From positions 32,001-96,000 of the IMG/VR virus record IMGVR_UViG_3300050821_002136: a DNA stretch of 64,000 nucleotides. One strand, written 5' to 3'. The DNA comes from a virus. Below are positions 16,936 to 26,709 of this stretch, in pieces (position 1 is the stretch's first letter; each line of letters starts with the position of its first letter). The notes under the pieces are model-generated. The model did not search any database and was not told the origin of the DNA. It saw nothing but the letters and a program-made list of their open reading frames with translations. Both the position numbers and the translations under genes were made by a program.

Positions 16936-17680
16936 TATGTACGGCATGACCAAGCAGGAAGCTCTACTCAACGGTATATGCGTAAGATGCAAACTGCCGC
17001 CAACCTTCTACAGCATGGCAGGCCGCGCAGAGTACCCGATCACCGGCCTATGTGAACCATGCTTTGACCTTGTCACAGAAGCATTTGACCTTGTCACAGA
17101 AGCAGAAGAAGAGCCCATGGAAATTAAACAGAGCATCCCTATGACGGACGCTGAATACGACTTTGAAACCATAGCCAGCAGCCAAGCATACAAAGACGCA
17201 GAGAGGCTAGGACTCGAAGTGGTTCTGCCCCAGGACAATCAGCTGCAGATCGACATTGACGACGAGGCGTCCTACCAAGTATACTTAGGAAACCTTAAGC
17301 GCTACAAGCTGCACTTCGCAGACAACCCAGTCATCGGTGAAGAGATCCATCCCTCGAAAAGCAACGTGTTTGAAAAGAAGCACATCACGGTAACCTTGGC
17401 AGAGCCTATAATTTCTAAGGGAGGATGGCATCGTGATAACGAAAAACGTATTCTTCTCCAAGTTCTGCTAGGGTCAGACCCCGTGCGTGAGATGCTGAGC
17501 TACATCAGACTGATTAACGATGACGAGCATCCTACGCTGTTCATGGAGAAACCTGCGCAGAAGCTGCTTGAGACGCCTCCTGATCACCTTATGCTAGGGC
17601 CGGGAGACTACGTAAAACCAAATAACGAAGACACCTGGATCAAAAAGCAAGCGACAGAAGAAGATGGAGCATACTTATGA
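16910..17680 (+). CDS. Hypothetical protein (N-terminal Zn finger plus second domain; possible fusion)
   Basis: AGGAGG with TTG start; CVRC...CEPC; LQIDID...H.TV...LLGSDP.RE. Confidence 0.6.
   Translation: MEFPALARNMYGMTKQEALLNGICVRCKLPPTFYSMAGRAEYPITGLCEPCFDLVTEAFDLVTEAEEEPMEIKQSIPMTDAEYDFETIASSQAYKDAERLGLEVVLPQDNQLQIDIDDEASYQVYLGNLKRYKLHFADNPVIGEEIHPSKSNVFEKKHITVTLAEPIISKGGWHRDNEKRILLQVLLGSDPVREMLSYIRLINDDEHPTLFMEKPAQKLLETPPDHLMLGPGDYVKPNNEDTWIKKQATEEDGAYL
17063..17104 (+). repeat. Perfect 21-bp tandem duplication (FDLVTEA x2)
   Basis: TTTGACCTTGTCACAGAAGCA at 17063-17083 and 17084-17104. Confidence 0.95.
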
Positions 17681-17991
17681 GCGACATTCCTAGCATCACC
17701 GAAAGCCAAGTAGCACTGATGAAGCTGGTCTGTTTTGACCCGGAGATGTCCGTGTTCTCTCAGACCTCCCCCAAGCCGTCTGACCCACTGCAAAGCGCTA
17801 TTGATATGCGACAAGCTGCGGACGACGCGGATCGCTTAGCTTCCCTAGGGTTCCTGAAGAACATCACAGCTGACCATCAGGAGCGCATAGATCAAATGGG
17901 CGCGAACACAGGACGTATGTGGAGAGTCTTTGAAATTTCGGCAATGGGACGAGCGATGTTCCAAGCTACTACGAGCACTACGGTTCACTAA
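17677..17991 (+). CDS. Hypothetical protein (winged-helix-like)
   Basis: GGAG RBS; L.SLGFL...FEISAMGR. Confidence 0.6.
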   Translation: MSDIPSITESQVALMKLVCFDPEMSVFSQTSPKPSDPLQSAIDMRQAADDADRLASLGFLKNITADHQERIDQMGANTGRMWRVFEISAMGRAMFQATTSTTVH

Positions 17992-18000
17992 GGAGAAACC

Positions 18001-18243
18001 ATGAAAACAAAAGCCATCATTGAAGGTTTACAAGTCCTTCTTCCATTCTACAACGACCAAGACGGGTTCCATAACGGAGCTGAACATGATACCTTCTATG
18101 CTTACGCTACAGACACTGAGCTGCCAGAAGCAGCGGTAAAATGGTTGATAGAATTGGGATGGTTTCAACCGGATGTTGAGTATGAAGACGACTTCTTGCC
18201 AGAACATTACGATCCCTCTGAGGGGTGGGTAGCTTACTTATAG
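18001..18243 (+). CDS. Phage hypothetical protein
   Basis: AAGGAG RBS; AEHD.FY...L.ELGW motif. Confidence 0.7.
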   Translation: MKTKAIIEGLQVLLPFYNDQDGFHNGAEHDTFYAYATDTELPEAAVKWLIELGWFQPDVEYEDDFLPEHYDPSEGWVAYL

Positions 18244-18254
18244 AAAGGGTAACC

Positions 18255-20303
18255 ATGTCGAAAGCAATTCCCGAGAACCTGCGAACCAGCAACGCTCTGA
18301 AATTCATAATCGAGCAAGGCTGGAACTGGCAGGGCGATGGCAGCGGTGGACAAATTCAAATAGAGACGTGCCCTTTCTGCAACAAAAAAGACTTCAAGCT
18401 CTATATGGCAGTCGGAGACCCAAGAGAGACCAGTAGAGATGGCCTTTGGTTCTGTCACCACGGTTCCTGCGCTAAGACTGGGAACCTCCGTACGCTGGCC
18501 GAACATGTAGGCGTACGCATAGCCGGTGTGGACTCGCGCAAGGAGTGGGCCGGGAGTGGGGACAGCAAGCCGGACACTCTGCCTGATGTTGAGCTGTGCC
18601 ATGCAACCCTACTAGGTGACGCGGAAGCTATGGATTATTTGTTGAACGTCAGAGGCTTCTCAAAGGAGATCATTGAAAAACAAAAGCTTGGACTCAAAGA
18701 GAAAGTCTGGTTCCGTGAAGCGGGGGAATCGAAAGCCCTGGTCATACCCTATCTCGTTGGCGGAAATGTTGTCTTCGCAAAATTCAGAACGCTTCCTCCG
18801 AAACCAAAAGACTTTGTCACACCTTCTGGCTGGGAAGCTCCTCTCTATAATGGAGAAATTCTCCAAGAAGGACTCAACGAAGTCATCTTCGTAGAGGGCG
18901 AAGCAGACGCCATAAGTATGATGTCTAATGGTGTAGAGAATGTTGTGGGCGTACCTGGGGCCAATGTTAAGAAGGCCGCATGGATCGACACTCTGGACAA
19001 GATCGCACCTAAGAAGATCTACATCCTCTACGACAACGACAAAGTAGGCAAGAAGGCCGCGCAGGAAATCGCATCACGCATCGGCATAGACAAGTGCCTG
19101 AAGCTGGTGCTTCCGCCATTCAGCGTAACGCTAGAAGGCGTAACCCGAGACGGCAAGGACATCAATGAGTGGTTCCGCTACGGTGGGGGAACCTTAGAGG
19201 TGTTCAACAAACTGAAGGAGTCCGCAGTCCTGTTCGATGTGACTGGTGTGACCTCTTCAGTGGATGCCTTGACGCAGCTCGAAGACGAATTGAATGGCAA
19301 GGTTGATCTGGCCCCTAAGTACGTATTCCAATGGCCGGAACTCAACAAGCTGATCGGAATGGAAGACGGTGATGTGCTCGATATCGTTGCGCCGGAGAAG
19401 GTAGGGAAGACGACCTTCGGCCTCAACATACTTGACCACATGGTCGCCGCATACGGTGAGGACGGCCTGCTTGTGTGCCTTGAGATGACTCAGGCTAGAC
19501 TGGCACGCAAGTGGGTTGCCCTCGTGACTGGCTTCGAAGACACTCTGACTGAACCTGGGACAGAGGAATCGAAGCTTAAGTTAGCTGAGCTGAAGGGGTG
19601 CGTAGTAAAGGCACGCTCGATTCAACAGAGTCGTGGCGCAGACCTGTACTTCGCATACCCTCAGCTTGTGAAGGAGCCAGAAGATGTTTACAAACTTGTC
19701 CGAGACTGCATTCGTCGTTACGGTGTCAAATGGGTCATGTTTGATAATCTGCAAAGATTGTGCGATGATACACTCAAAAACCAAGGCCACCGTACAGTGC
19801 AGCTTTCTCAAATCTCCAAAAACTTCGCAAAACTTGCCAAGGACTACCGTATCAAACTTATTCGCATCCTTCAGCCCAAACGAATAATGCCCGGGGCAAC
19901 CATCAGCACCAACGACGTAGACGGAAGCTCACAGATTGCTAAGGACTGCGATGGCATGATAACGTTGTGGCGCAGTGTAGTAGGAGAGATGAAGAAGTCT
20001 GAATGGGAGACCCAACAACAAGGCTTCGAAGAAAGCAATGAATCCTTCGAGCCTGTCATGAAGGTCACCGTGGGGCTCTCTCGCTATTCAGCTGGAGGCT
20101 CTACTAAGCTCTTCTATGATGGAGCCCGATCCCAGGTGCGTTCACTGCCTGAAAGCCAAAAGGCACAGATGAATGCGAACCGAGACTACAACAAGCTGGT
20201 AGCCAATAACATCCCCATGGAAGGTGGAGGTGTTCTGCATGTCGTACCAGAGGAAAACCAAGCCGTAGCCGTCGTTGCAACAGAGTCAGACATCACAATC
20301 TAA
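18255..20303 (+). CDS. Bifunctional DNA primase-helicase (T7 gp4/Twinkle-like)
   Basis: Zn ribbon CPFC...CHHGSC; TOPRIM EGEAD, DND and KDINE; SF4 Walker A APEKVGKTT, LEM, FDNLQ. Confidence 0.92.
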   Translation: MSKAIPENLRTSNALKFIIEQGWNWQGDGSGGQIQIETCPFCNKKDFKLYMAVGDPRETSRDGLWFCHHGSCAKTGNLRTLAEHVGVRIAGVDSRKEWAGSGDSKPDTLPDVELCHATLLGDAEAMDYLLNVRGFSKEIIEKQKLGLKEKVWFREAGESKALVIPYLVGGNVVFAKFRTLPPKPKDFVTPSGWEAPLYNGEILQEGLNEVIFVEGEADAISMMSNGVENVVGVPGANVKKAAWIDTLDKIAPKKIYILYDNDKVGKKAAQEIASRIGIDKCLKLVLPPFSVTLEGVTRDGKDINEWFRYGGGTLEVFNKLKESAVLFDVTGVTSSVDALTQLEDELNGKVDLAPKYVFQWPELNKLIGMEDGDVLDIVAPEKVGKTTFGLNILDHMVAAYGEDGLLVCLEMTQARLARKWVALVTGFEDTLTEPGTEESKLKLAELKGCVVKARSIQQSRGADLYFAYPQLVKEPEDVYKLVRDCIRRYGVKWVMFDNLQRLCDDTLKNQGHRTVQLSQISKNFAKLAKDYRIKLIRILQPKRIMPGATISTNDVDGSSQIAKDCDGMITLWRSVVGEMKKSEWETQQQGFEESNESFEPVMKVTVGLSRYSAGGSTKLFYDGARSQVRSLPESQKAQMNANRDYNKLVANNIPMEGGGVLHVVPEENQAVAVVATESDITI

Positions 20304-20311
20304 GGAGGCAT

Positions 20312-20533
20312 ATGCCATTTGTCGAAGAGGTAATTGAGGAGCAGCAACCTATGTGGGGTGAATACCTACCAACCAGCAGCGCTAAGGGACTGAAAGACAG
20401 GAGCCGCAGTTGCGTCAAGGTCAGAGACGTAGGTTGTGTCTTCATCGGTACAGCGCAGGAGTGTCAAGAGTACATCCGAAACAACGAGTGGCGGTATGAA
20501 AAGAAAGACTCACAAAAACTGATAACAGCCTAA
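20312..20533 (+). CDS. Hypothetical protein
   Basis: AAGGAGG RBS. Confidence 0.65.
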   Translation: MPFVEEVIEEQQPMWGEYLPTSSAKGLKDRSRSCVKVRDVGCVFIGTAQECQEYIRNNEWRYEKKDSQKLITA

Positions 20534-20543
20534 GGAGAAAACA

Positions 20544-20924
20544 ATGAAACCGTTCAATCTGCAAGAAGCACTCGCAGGCAAGTCCGTGATTACCAGAGAT
20601 GGTAAAGCAATAAAGCAGGTAGCTTTCTTTCCAGACGCTGAGTCATACCCTGTTCTGGCTTATTCTGAAGGTAAAGAAGTTGATACGTACACAGCAGCAG
20701 GAAGGCGTTTTTTCGGTACATCACCACTAAGCAGTGGCAAGGATCTCTTCATGGGTGCTCCCAAAGTCACGAAGTGGGTCAACCTCTACCGGAAGTCGAA
20801 ATACCTGCAAACTTCTAATGCCGACGTAGCGGTTGGTATCTCAACCTTCGATACTGAAGAGGAAGCACGTCGCTCAGGCGGCGAAAATCGTGTCGGAACA
20901 TTACAAGTAGAGTGGGAGGAATAA
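20544..20924 (+). CDS. Phage protein with MKPFNL..ALAG..V.TRDG N-terminus, paralog A
   Basis: AAGGAG RBS; shares DLFM, WVN.YR and WEE with its neighbour. Confidence 0.75.
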   Translation: MKPFNLQEALAGKSVITRDGKAIKQVAFFPDAESYPVLAYSEGKEVDTYTAAGRRFFGTSPLSSGKDLFMGAPKVTKWVNLYRKSKYLQTSNADVAVGISTFDTEEEARRSGGENRVGTLQVEWEE

Positions 20925-21301
20925 TGAAACCGTTCAATCTGCAAGAAGCACTCGCAGGCAAGCCTGTGGTCACCCGAGATGGAAGAGAAGTCACAGATGT
21001 CACTTACTTCTCTACCTTGCGTAACTCCACTTCTTTCAAACTTCGTGGCGTCCTTGAGGGTTATCTGAGGAAATTCAATGACGCCGGTATGTATTTAACC
21101 AACAAAAATTTAGATCTCTTCATGGCTTCTACCAAGAAGACTGGGTGGGTAAACATCTACCGAGAGAACATCACTACGTGGCCTGCGCTAAAATTACTCC
21201 CAGGTGGAGCTGTCATCCACCCCAGCAAAGCTATAGCCGATAAACAGCAAGAGACTGCTAAGGAACGCATCGCTGTTGTTGAACTCACTTGGGAGGAGTA
21301 G
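20924..21301 (+). CDS. Same family, paralog B
   Basis: First 39 nt identical to 20544-20582; GGAGG RBS. Confidence 0.75.
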   Translation: MKPFNLQEALAGKPVVTRDGREVTDVTYFSTLRNSTSFKLRGVLEGYLRKFNDAGMYLTNKNLDLFMASTKKTGWVNIYRENITTWPALKLLPGGAVIHPSKAIADKQQETAKERIAVVELTWEE

Positions 21302-21667
21302 ATGCCTTGGCCTATAAAGCACGGACTTGCTTTCCATCCACTCTACCGTGTATGGATGTCCGTAAAGCAAAAGTGCACTAACCCAAAAAGCCTTGTTTAT
21401 AAAGACTACGGTGGGCGCGGCATTAAAATGCACAAACCTTGGGAAAGAGACGTACGTCGGTTTGTGCACTACGTTATGGAAAACCTAGGAGAACGCCCTT
21501 CAAAACGGCACTCTTTGGATCGTAGAAATAACAATGGTCATTACGTGCCTGGAAACATAAGATGGGCAACATGGGAAGAACAAGCTAGAAATCGAAGACC
21601 CGTTCGTTGCTTGGGAAACTACTCTGATGCAGAGCTACTACAAGAAATAAAGAAACGAGGAATATGA
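21302..21667 (+). mobile_element. Free-standing HNH homing endonuclease
   Basis: LYRVW..KQKC.NP...YKDYGGRGI...SLDRRNNNGHY.PGNIRWAT..EQ..N. Confidence 0.85.
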
Positions 21668-22785
21668 AAAAGGCCAATCACCAAGCAAACGTTGTAAGGA
21701 TTGCGGAAGTATTACCACACTCTAATGCCGACAGCTTGGAAATCATACACATCGGCGCATTCCAAGTAGTGACCAAGAAGGGCAACTTCAAAACTGGGGA
21801 TCTCGGTGTCTACATTCAGCCTGACAGCGTCGTACCTCAGACTGAGCCCTTCAAGTTCATTTGGGAAACCTATGTAGGCTTGGATGGTACTGTGCCTGAG
21901 AAACGCAGGCGCATCACCGTAAAGCGTTTGCGAAAGGAGTGGAGCGAAGGATTGCTCATGCCTCTCTCTGACTTCCCTGAGCTTTCTGTGTTCAATCTAC
22001 CTGAAGGCGCAGATGTCTCAGAACTCCTGGGCATCACTCACTATGACCCAGACAAAGGCAAGGAACCTGCTGCGGACAACGAGACCTTCAAGAAGAAGCG
22101 TAGCAAGTACCCAAGGAGTCTCAAGGGATGGTGGTATCTCATCCTGCACAAGCTGGGCATTTACACCAGCGGTGGGCAGAACCATGGGTTCGACAATGAG
22201 GAGGGAACAGACATGCCCGTGTTCGACGTAGATGCGTTCAAGCACTACAAGAACGCATTCGAACGTGAGGAGCTGGTAGAGGTAACTGAGAAGATCCATG
22301 GGAGCAATGCACGCTTCGTGTTCCGAGAGGGACACATGTACGCAGGGTCACGAACTCAGTGGAAAGCTGAGAACGCCAATTGTATCTGGCGCAATGTGCT
22401 CAGGGCTCAGCCATGGATTGAAGCATGGTGCCGTACGCATGAGGGCTATGGGCTCTACGGTGAGGTCACTCCCACCCAGGGTGAGAATTTTCAATATGGA
22501 AGCGCTGAACCTCAGTTCTTCCCATTTGACATTAGGACCCCTGAGGGAACTTGGCTGGAAGAAATAGAAACCGGACCAGCACAATGGGTACCCGTGCTAT
22601 ACCAAGGTCCGTTCTACTGGGAAGAAATCAGTAAGTTGGTTGACGGACAGACCGCTGTGCCAAATGCTAAGGGCATCCGAGAAGGCATAGTGATTCGTCC
22701 AGTGAAAGAACGGCATGTACGCGGCCTCGGCCGATTAATTCTCAAATGTGTCTCAAATTCGTACCTCGAAAAGGATGGAAAATAA
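21664..22785 (+). CDS. RNA ligase (Rnl2/DRB0094-like, with N-terminal OB-type domain)
   Basis: HSNADSLE, motif I TEKIHGSN, YGEV, FDI, REGIVIRP, LKCVS..YL. Confidence 0.9.
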   Translation: MKKANHQANVVRIAEVLPHSNADSLEIIHIGAFQVVTKKGNFKTGDLGVYIQPDSVVPQTEPFKFIWETYVGLDGTVPEKRRRITVKRLRKEWSEGLLMPLSDFPELSVFNLPEGADVSELLGITHYDPDKGKEPAADNETFKKKRSKYPRSLKGWWYLILHKLGIYTSGGQNHGFDNEEGTDMPVFDVDAFKHYKNAFEREELVEVTEKIHGSNARFVFREGHMYAGSRTQWKAENANCIWRNVLRAQPWIEAWCRTHEGYGLYGEVTPTQGENFQYGSAEPQFFPFDIRTPEGTWLEEIETGPAQWVPVLYQGPFYWEEISKLVDGQTAVPNAKGIREGIVIRPVKERHVRGLGRLILKCVSNSYLEKDGK

Positions 22786-22787
22786 CC

Positions 22788-23090
22788 ATGGCAACAAATA
22801 CCATACAAACACAGCAGTTGAACCGAGTAGCAGCTACGACATCTGAGGCCATCTTGGAATTCATTCGGCAACGCTTGGCTGACACAGAAACCAAGGGAGC
22901 CTTCACAGCTGACCAGCTCCGCTTCTACGTTACCAACCATGTGAGCGGAGGAGTTTCACCATCCTCGGCTGACCGTGTACTGCGTATGCTGCGTCAAAAG
23001 GGCGCGTTGGATTACGTCGTGCTCAACCGTGGGAAGAGCCTGTACCGTGCTATGCCCATCACTGAAGTCAGGGCCACTGTGGTTTCCTAG
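22788..23090 (+). CDS. Winged-HTH-like protein
   Basis: F...LR.YV...PSSADRVLR.LRQKG..DY.VLNR. Confidence 0.6.
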   Translation: MATNTIQTQQLNRVAATTSEAILEFIRQRLADTETKGAFTADQLRFYVTNHVSGGVSPSSADRVLRMLRQKGALDYVVLNRGKSLYRAMPITEVRATVVS

Positions 23091-23092
23091 CC

Positions 23093-23722
23093 ATGGGATA
23101 TAAAGACCCAGAAAAGAGGCTCTCGGACGCCAAACGACGGAGCAAACTTAGGTACAAGGAAAAGAAGGACGAAATCTTGGCCAAAGCCAAAGAAGACTAC
23201 GCCTCAAACCCTGAGTTTAAAGAGAAGGCCAAACAAAGAGCAGCTAAGTACTACAAAGAGAATCCAGACAAAGTCAAAGAATCCGCCATGAAAAGCCATG
23301 AAAATAACCGAGAGCAAAAGAAGATTGATGCGAGACGCAATCGTCTTTGGAGATTTTTTAGGCTTACTCCAGAGGACTACGAAAGTATAAAAAAGTACCA
23401 AGAAGAGCACTTCTTGTTTAGGTGTCTTATAGGTAAAGACAAAAAAAGAAATGCCGTTGAACATCGACACAAAGACGGATTGGTACGAGGTTTAATGGCA
23501 GTAATACTGAACAGGGCTTATGGGATAATAGAAAGGCTGTATCCAAATAACACCTCAGAAGTGCTTAGAGCCCTTGCTGAATTCCATGACAACCCGCCTG
23601 CAACGTCAGCCTTGGGGTCTCCTAGGTACGGTATATTGGGAATATCAAGGTCCAAGAAAAAGATGATTTACGGCTCCCCAGATGGCCCAATCACAGCTCC
23701 GAAGAAAGTGAGAACAAAGTGA
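23093..23722 (+). CDS. Recombination endonuclease VII-like protein (Zn Cys absent)
   Basis: K/R-rich N-terminus; LTPEDY...Q...AVEHRHKDGLVRGL....N...G. Confidence 0.6.
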   Translation: MGYKDPEKRLSDAKRRSKLRYKEKKDEILAKAKEDYASNPEFKEKAKQRAAKYYKENPDKVKESAMKSHENNREQKKIDARRNRLWRFFRLTPEDYESIKKYQEEHFLFRCLIGKDKKRNAVEHRHKDGLVRGLMAVILNRAYGIIERLYPNNTSEVLRALAEFHDNPPATSALGSPRYGILGISRSKKKMIYGSPDGPITAPKKVRTK

Positions 23723-24123
23723 GCGAAAACAAAGTCGAAGCACAGCTCTACCAGGACACGTTCCTGAATGTCATGGCACTTTACACGGCACTCAAGGGCC
23801 AGCCATCCCGAGGTGTACGCCGAGCTGAACTCAAGCAAGGTGAGGTGACCCCGGAAGCAATTGACTTCCTCGCGGACGTAGAGATCAAAGCTAAGCGCAC
23901 CCTGTCATCTTACGATTACACAAGGCTCATGAATCTTGCGGGTCTAGACAGATACCAAGAAGCCCCCATAGATCTGCAGAACGAACTTGGTCAGGTTTTC
24001 TTGGAACATTCCCTCAACTATGACGGGGACTACCGAGTACTCTACTACCGTGCCAAGAACGCTCGAATGCAAGACCGAGAAGAACCACAGCAGTTTCCCG
24101 AGGAGACAGAATACAATGACTGA
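23719..24123 (+). CDS. Hypothetical protein
   Basis: GTGA coupling. Confidence 0.65.
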   Translation: MSENKVEAQLYQDTFLNVMALYTALKGQPSRGVRRAELKQGEVTPEAIDFLADVEIKAKRTLSSYDYTRLMNLAGLDRYQEAPIDLQNELGQVFLEHSLNYDGDYRVLYYRAKNARMQDREEPQQFPEETEYND

Positions 24124-24694
24124 GGAGATTAACAATGGAAACGATATTCAATCATCCGATAACGTCCGTAGTGCTTCTAGTGATAGTGCTGACGTTCATT
24201 CTGAGAGTTCTAGAGTTGATGAACAAAAGCTTCGACTAGACTCAGCTCTGCCACACCCAGCAGACGTTCCTGCGGAGGCCGTAACGAGGACTATAGAAGA
24301 CGCGGACCTGGGGGCATCTAAGCCAGTCCCTGTAGCCAAGCCAGAACCTAAGCACACTGTAGAGCACGCCATTGTCAAGGCATGCGGACACAGCATTGAC
24401 CTGAGGCATCCACCTACGCAAGCGAACTGTGAAGATTGCTGGACTGCATTCTTTACACTGGCTGTGGATACTCCGAGCATCCATAAGATCCTCGTGGAGC
24501 AAGGACGGACGGGATTGGAACGTATGGTAGGGAAGAAGTTCGTGAAACACTTTGGCAAGTTCCTCCAAAACCGACTCAATGCTTTTACTCCTGAGGAAAT
24601 AGCTAAAGTGGAACCAACCATAGAAGGCAGCATCATGAGCGTCAAGGAGGAAATAAATGCAGTATCCAATCTACAAACTTCTCAAGAACGATAA
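24116..24694 (+). CDS. Hypothetical protein with CGH...CEDC Zn site
   Basis: AGGAG RBS. Confidence 0.65.
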   Translation: MTEEINNGNDIQSSDNVRSASSDSADVHSESSRVDEQKLRLDSALPHPADVPAEAVTRTIEDADLGASKPVPVAKPEPKHTVEHAIVKACGHSIDLRHPPTQANCEDCWTAFFTLAVDTPSIHKILVEQGRTGLERMVGKKFVKHFGKFLQNRLNAFTPEEIAKVEPTIEGSIMSVKEEINAVSNLQTSQER

Positions 24695-24812
24695 CCTGAA
24701 ACTATGGGACGGTCCTTCGCTCTCTAAGGAGCAAGCGGAGACGCTGTTGAAGCAGAGACAGGCAGAGAACCCTAAGGCAAAGTTTCTCATCATCAGAATG
24801 AAGGAGAGCTAA
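24657..24812 (+). CDS. Small hypothetical protein (51 aa)
   Basis: AAGGAGG RBS; TAATG coupling to recA. Confidence 0.65.
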   Translation: MQYPIYKLLKNDNLKLWDGPSLSKEQAETLLKQRQAENPKAKFLIIRMKES

Positions 24813-25900
24813 TGGCGTTTGGAAAAAAGAAAGAGGAGCAGAAGGCTCCTAAGGTGGTGGTCACAGCTCCGACTAGCGATGTTGAGAAGTTCAAATCATT
24901 GTTTGCTGTGTCCAAAGCTCTGGATGCCAAGCATGAGACGAGCAATTCCTTGATGCGCTTGGGGGCCAAGAACATCATACGCATCCCTAGCATCAGCACC
25001 AAGTTGCCCACTGTGGATTACGACATGCTAGGCTGCGGTGGTGTACCTAGAGGCAGAGTAGTTGAGATCTTCGGACCTGAATCCTCCGGGAAAACTACAT
25101 GGTGCTTATGGCTTGCTGCACAGGCTCAGGCTCAGGGTGATGTAGTTGTTTATATTGACGCAGAACATGCACTAGACATAGGCTATGCTCAGCAGCTAGG
25201 CGTAAATGTGGACAACGTACTTATTAGCCAGCCCAACAGCGGAGAGCAAGCCTTGCAAGTTGCCGATGCAGTTGTGGAATCAAAATGTGCAGGACTAATT
25301 ATCGTGGATTCAGTAGCAGCTCTCGTACCTGAGGCTGAGTTGGCAGGAGACATTGGAGATGCGCATGTTGGCCTACAAGCCCGTATGATGTCGCAAGCTC
25401 TGCGTATACTCACAGCCAAGGCAGACGTAAACAAAGTAACGGTAGTCTTCATCAATCAAATACGCGAGAAGATCGGTGTCATGTTTGGCAACCCTGAGAC
25501 AACGACGGGAGGTAGGGCACTGAAGTTTTACTCTAGCATTCGAATTGACATACGCCGTAAGGAAGAGATCAAGCAAGGGACGGAACTGGTAGGCCACACG
25601 ATTCGCCTAAAGGCAGTCAAGAATAAAGTGGGCACACCTCTCAGGGAGACCATGATTGACCTGTACTACCCTGGCACTAGCTTTACCCCGGGCTTTGATC
25701 ACATTGGAGACCTGATCACCTTTGCTTCTAAACGGGGCCTGTTCGAGATGTCTGGATCGTGGTATAATCTCAATGGTGAGAGACTAGCCAACGGCTTAGC
25801 GAATCTTAAGGAACGCCTGCGAGAGGACGACGCAATCCTCTTACATCTACGCAAGAAAATCGAGAAGTTATCCGAGGCAGATACTGAGGTGAAAATATGA
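24812..25900 (+). CDS. recA: RecA recombinase
   Basis: GGVPRGRVVEIFGPESSGKTT, YIDAEHALD, VDSVAAL, GLQARMMSQALR, FINQIREKIGVMFGNPETTTGGRALKFY. Confidence 0.97.
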   Translation: MAFGKKKEEQKAPKVVVTAPTSDVEKFKSLFAVSKALDAKHETSNSLMRLGAKNIIRIPSISTKLPTVDYDMLGCGGVPRGRVVEIFGPESSGKTTWCLWLAAQAQAQGDVVVYIDAEHALDIGYAQQLGVNVDNVLISQPNSGEQALQVADAVVESKCAGLIIVDSVAALVPEAELAGDIGDAHVGLQARMMSQALRILTAKADVNKVTVVFINQIREKIGVMFGNPETTTGGRALKFYSSIRIDIRRKEEIKQGTELVGHTIRLKAVKNKVGTPLRETMIDLYYPGTSFTPGFDHIGDLITFASKRGLFEMSGSWYNLNGERLANGLANLKERLREDDAILLHLRKKIEKLSEADTEVKI

Positions 25901-26160
25901 AAAACATCTACGAAGGTGAGTACGAAGGGTACTCCGACAAAGCCAATGACATAGAGAATAGACTTCGTCCCATCATCGACCAAATGTTGAATGAATTATG
26001 GGACGAGGGATACTCACTGCGGCAGGCTTCTCACCTCATGCAGGAACTCATCTCCATCACAGCAGTTGAGAAGATCATACGCAGAAACACAAAAAGGAGA
26101 ACAGCGCCTTCCATCAAGAAGAATGAACATTTCTATGTTCCCGGGGAGCTAGAGTCGTGA
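25897..26160 (+). CDS. Hypothetical protein
   Basis: GAGGTG RBS. Confidence 0.65.
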   Translation: MKNIYEGEYEGYSDKANDIENRLRPIIDQMLNELWDEGYSLRQASHLMQELISITAVEKIIRRNTKRRTAPSIKKNEHFYVPGELES

Positions 26161-26690
26161 AGCCTATAGGCAGCGCCATCAGGACATACACTGGAGTGCT
26201 ATTTGACTTTGTATGTCCTGAGAAATCTCCTATCAGTATAGAAGATATTTCTCATTCATTAAGTCTTTTATGTAGATTCGCTGGGCACTGCAAGAAGTTC
26301 TACAGCGTGGCTGAGCACTCCGTACGTGTCAGTGAAATAGTCCCTCCCGAGCACGCCTTATGGGGACTGATGCACGATGCTGGAGAAGCCTACTGCGTTG
26401 ATGTACCTCGGCCGCTCAAGCACATGGCCGGTATGGAGTCATATCGTGCCCATGAAAAGCGTGTAATGGCCGCGATATGCGCATGGTTCCACATGGACCC
26501 AACTGAGCCCCCTGAGGTGAAGACTGCAGACACCATCATGCTAGTCACTGAGCAACGTGACTTGCTGAAAAACTCTCATCCAGACTTTGCCAATATCACA
26601 CCTCGGTGCGAGGTCATTGAACCGTGGACATCAAGGAAAGCTGAACAGAAGTTCCTTAACAGGTTCTACGAACTAACCGAAGAAAAATAA
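26157..26690 (+). CDS. HD-domain 5'-deoxynucleotidase (YfbR/YfdR-like)
   Basis: IEDISHSLS..CRFAGH...YSVAEHS...LMHDAGEAY..D.PRP.K...K.AD. Confidence 0.88.
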   Translation: MKPIGSAIRTYTGVLFDFVCPEKSPISIEDISHSLSLLCRFAGHCKKFYSVAEHSVRVSEIVPPEHALWGLMHDAGEAYCVDVPRPLKHMAGMESYRAHEKRVMAAICAWFHMDPTEPPEVKTADTIMLVTEQRDLLKNSHPDFANITPRCEVIEPWTSRKAEQKFLNRFYELTEEK

Positions 26691-26709
26691 ATCCAAGGAG
26701 ATCCGATGT

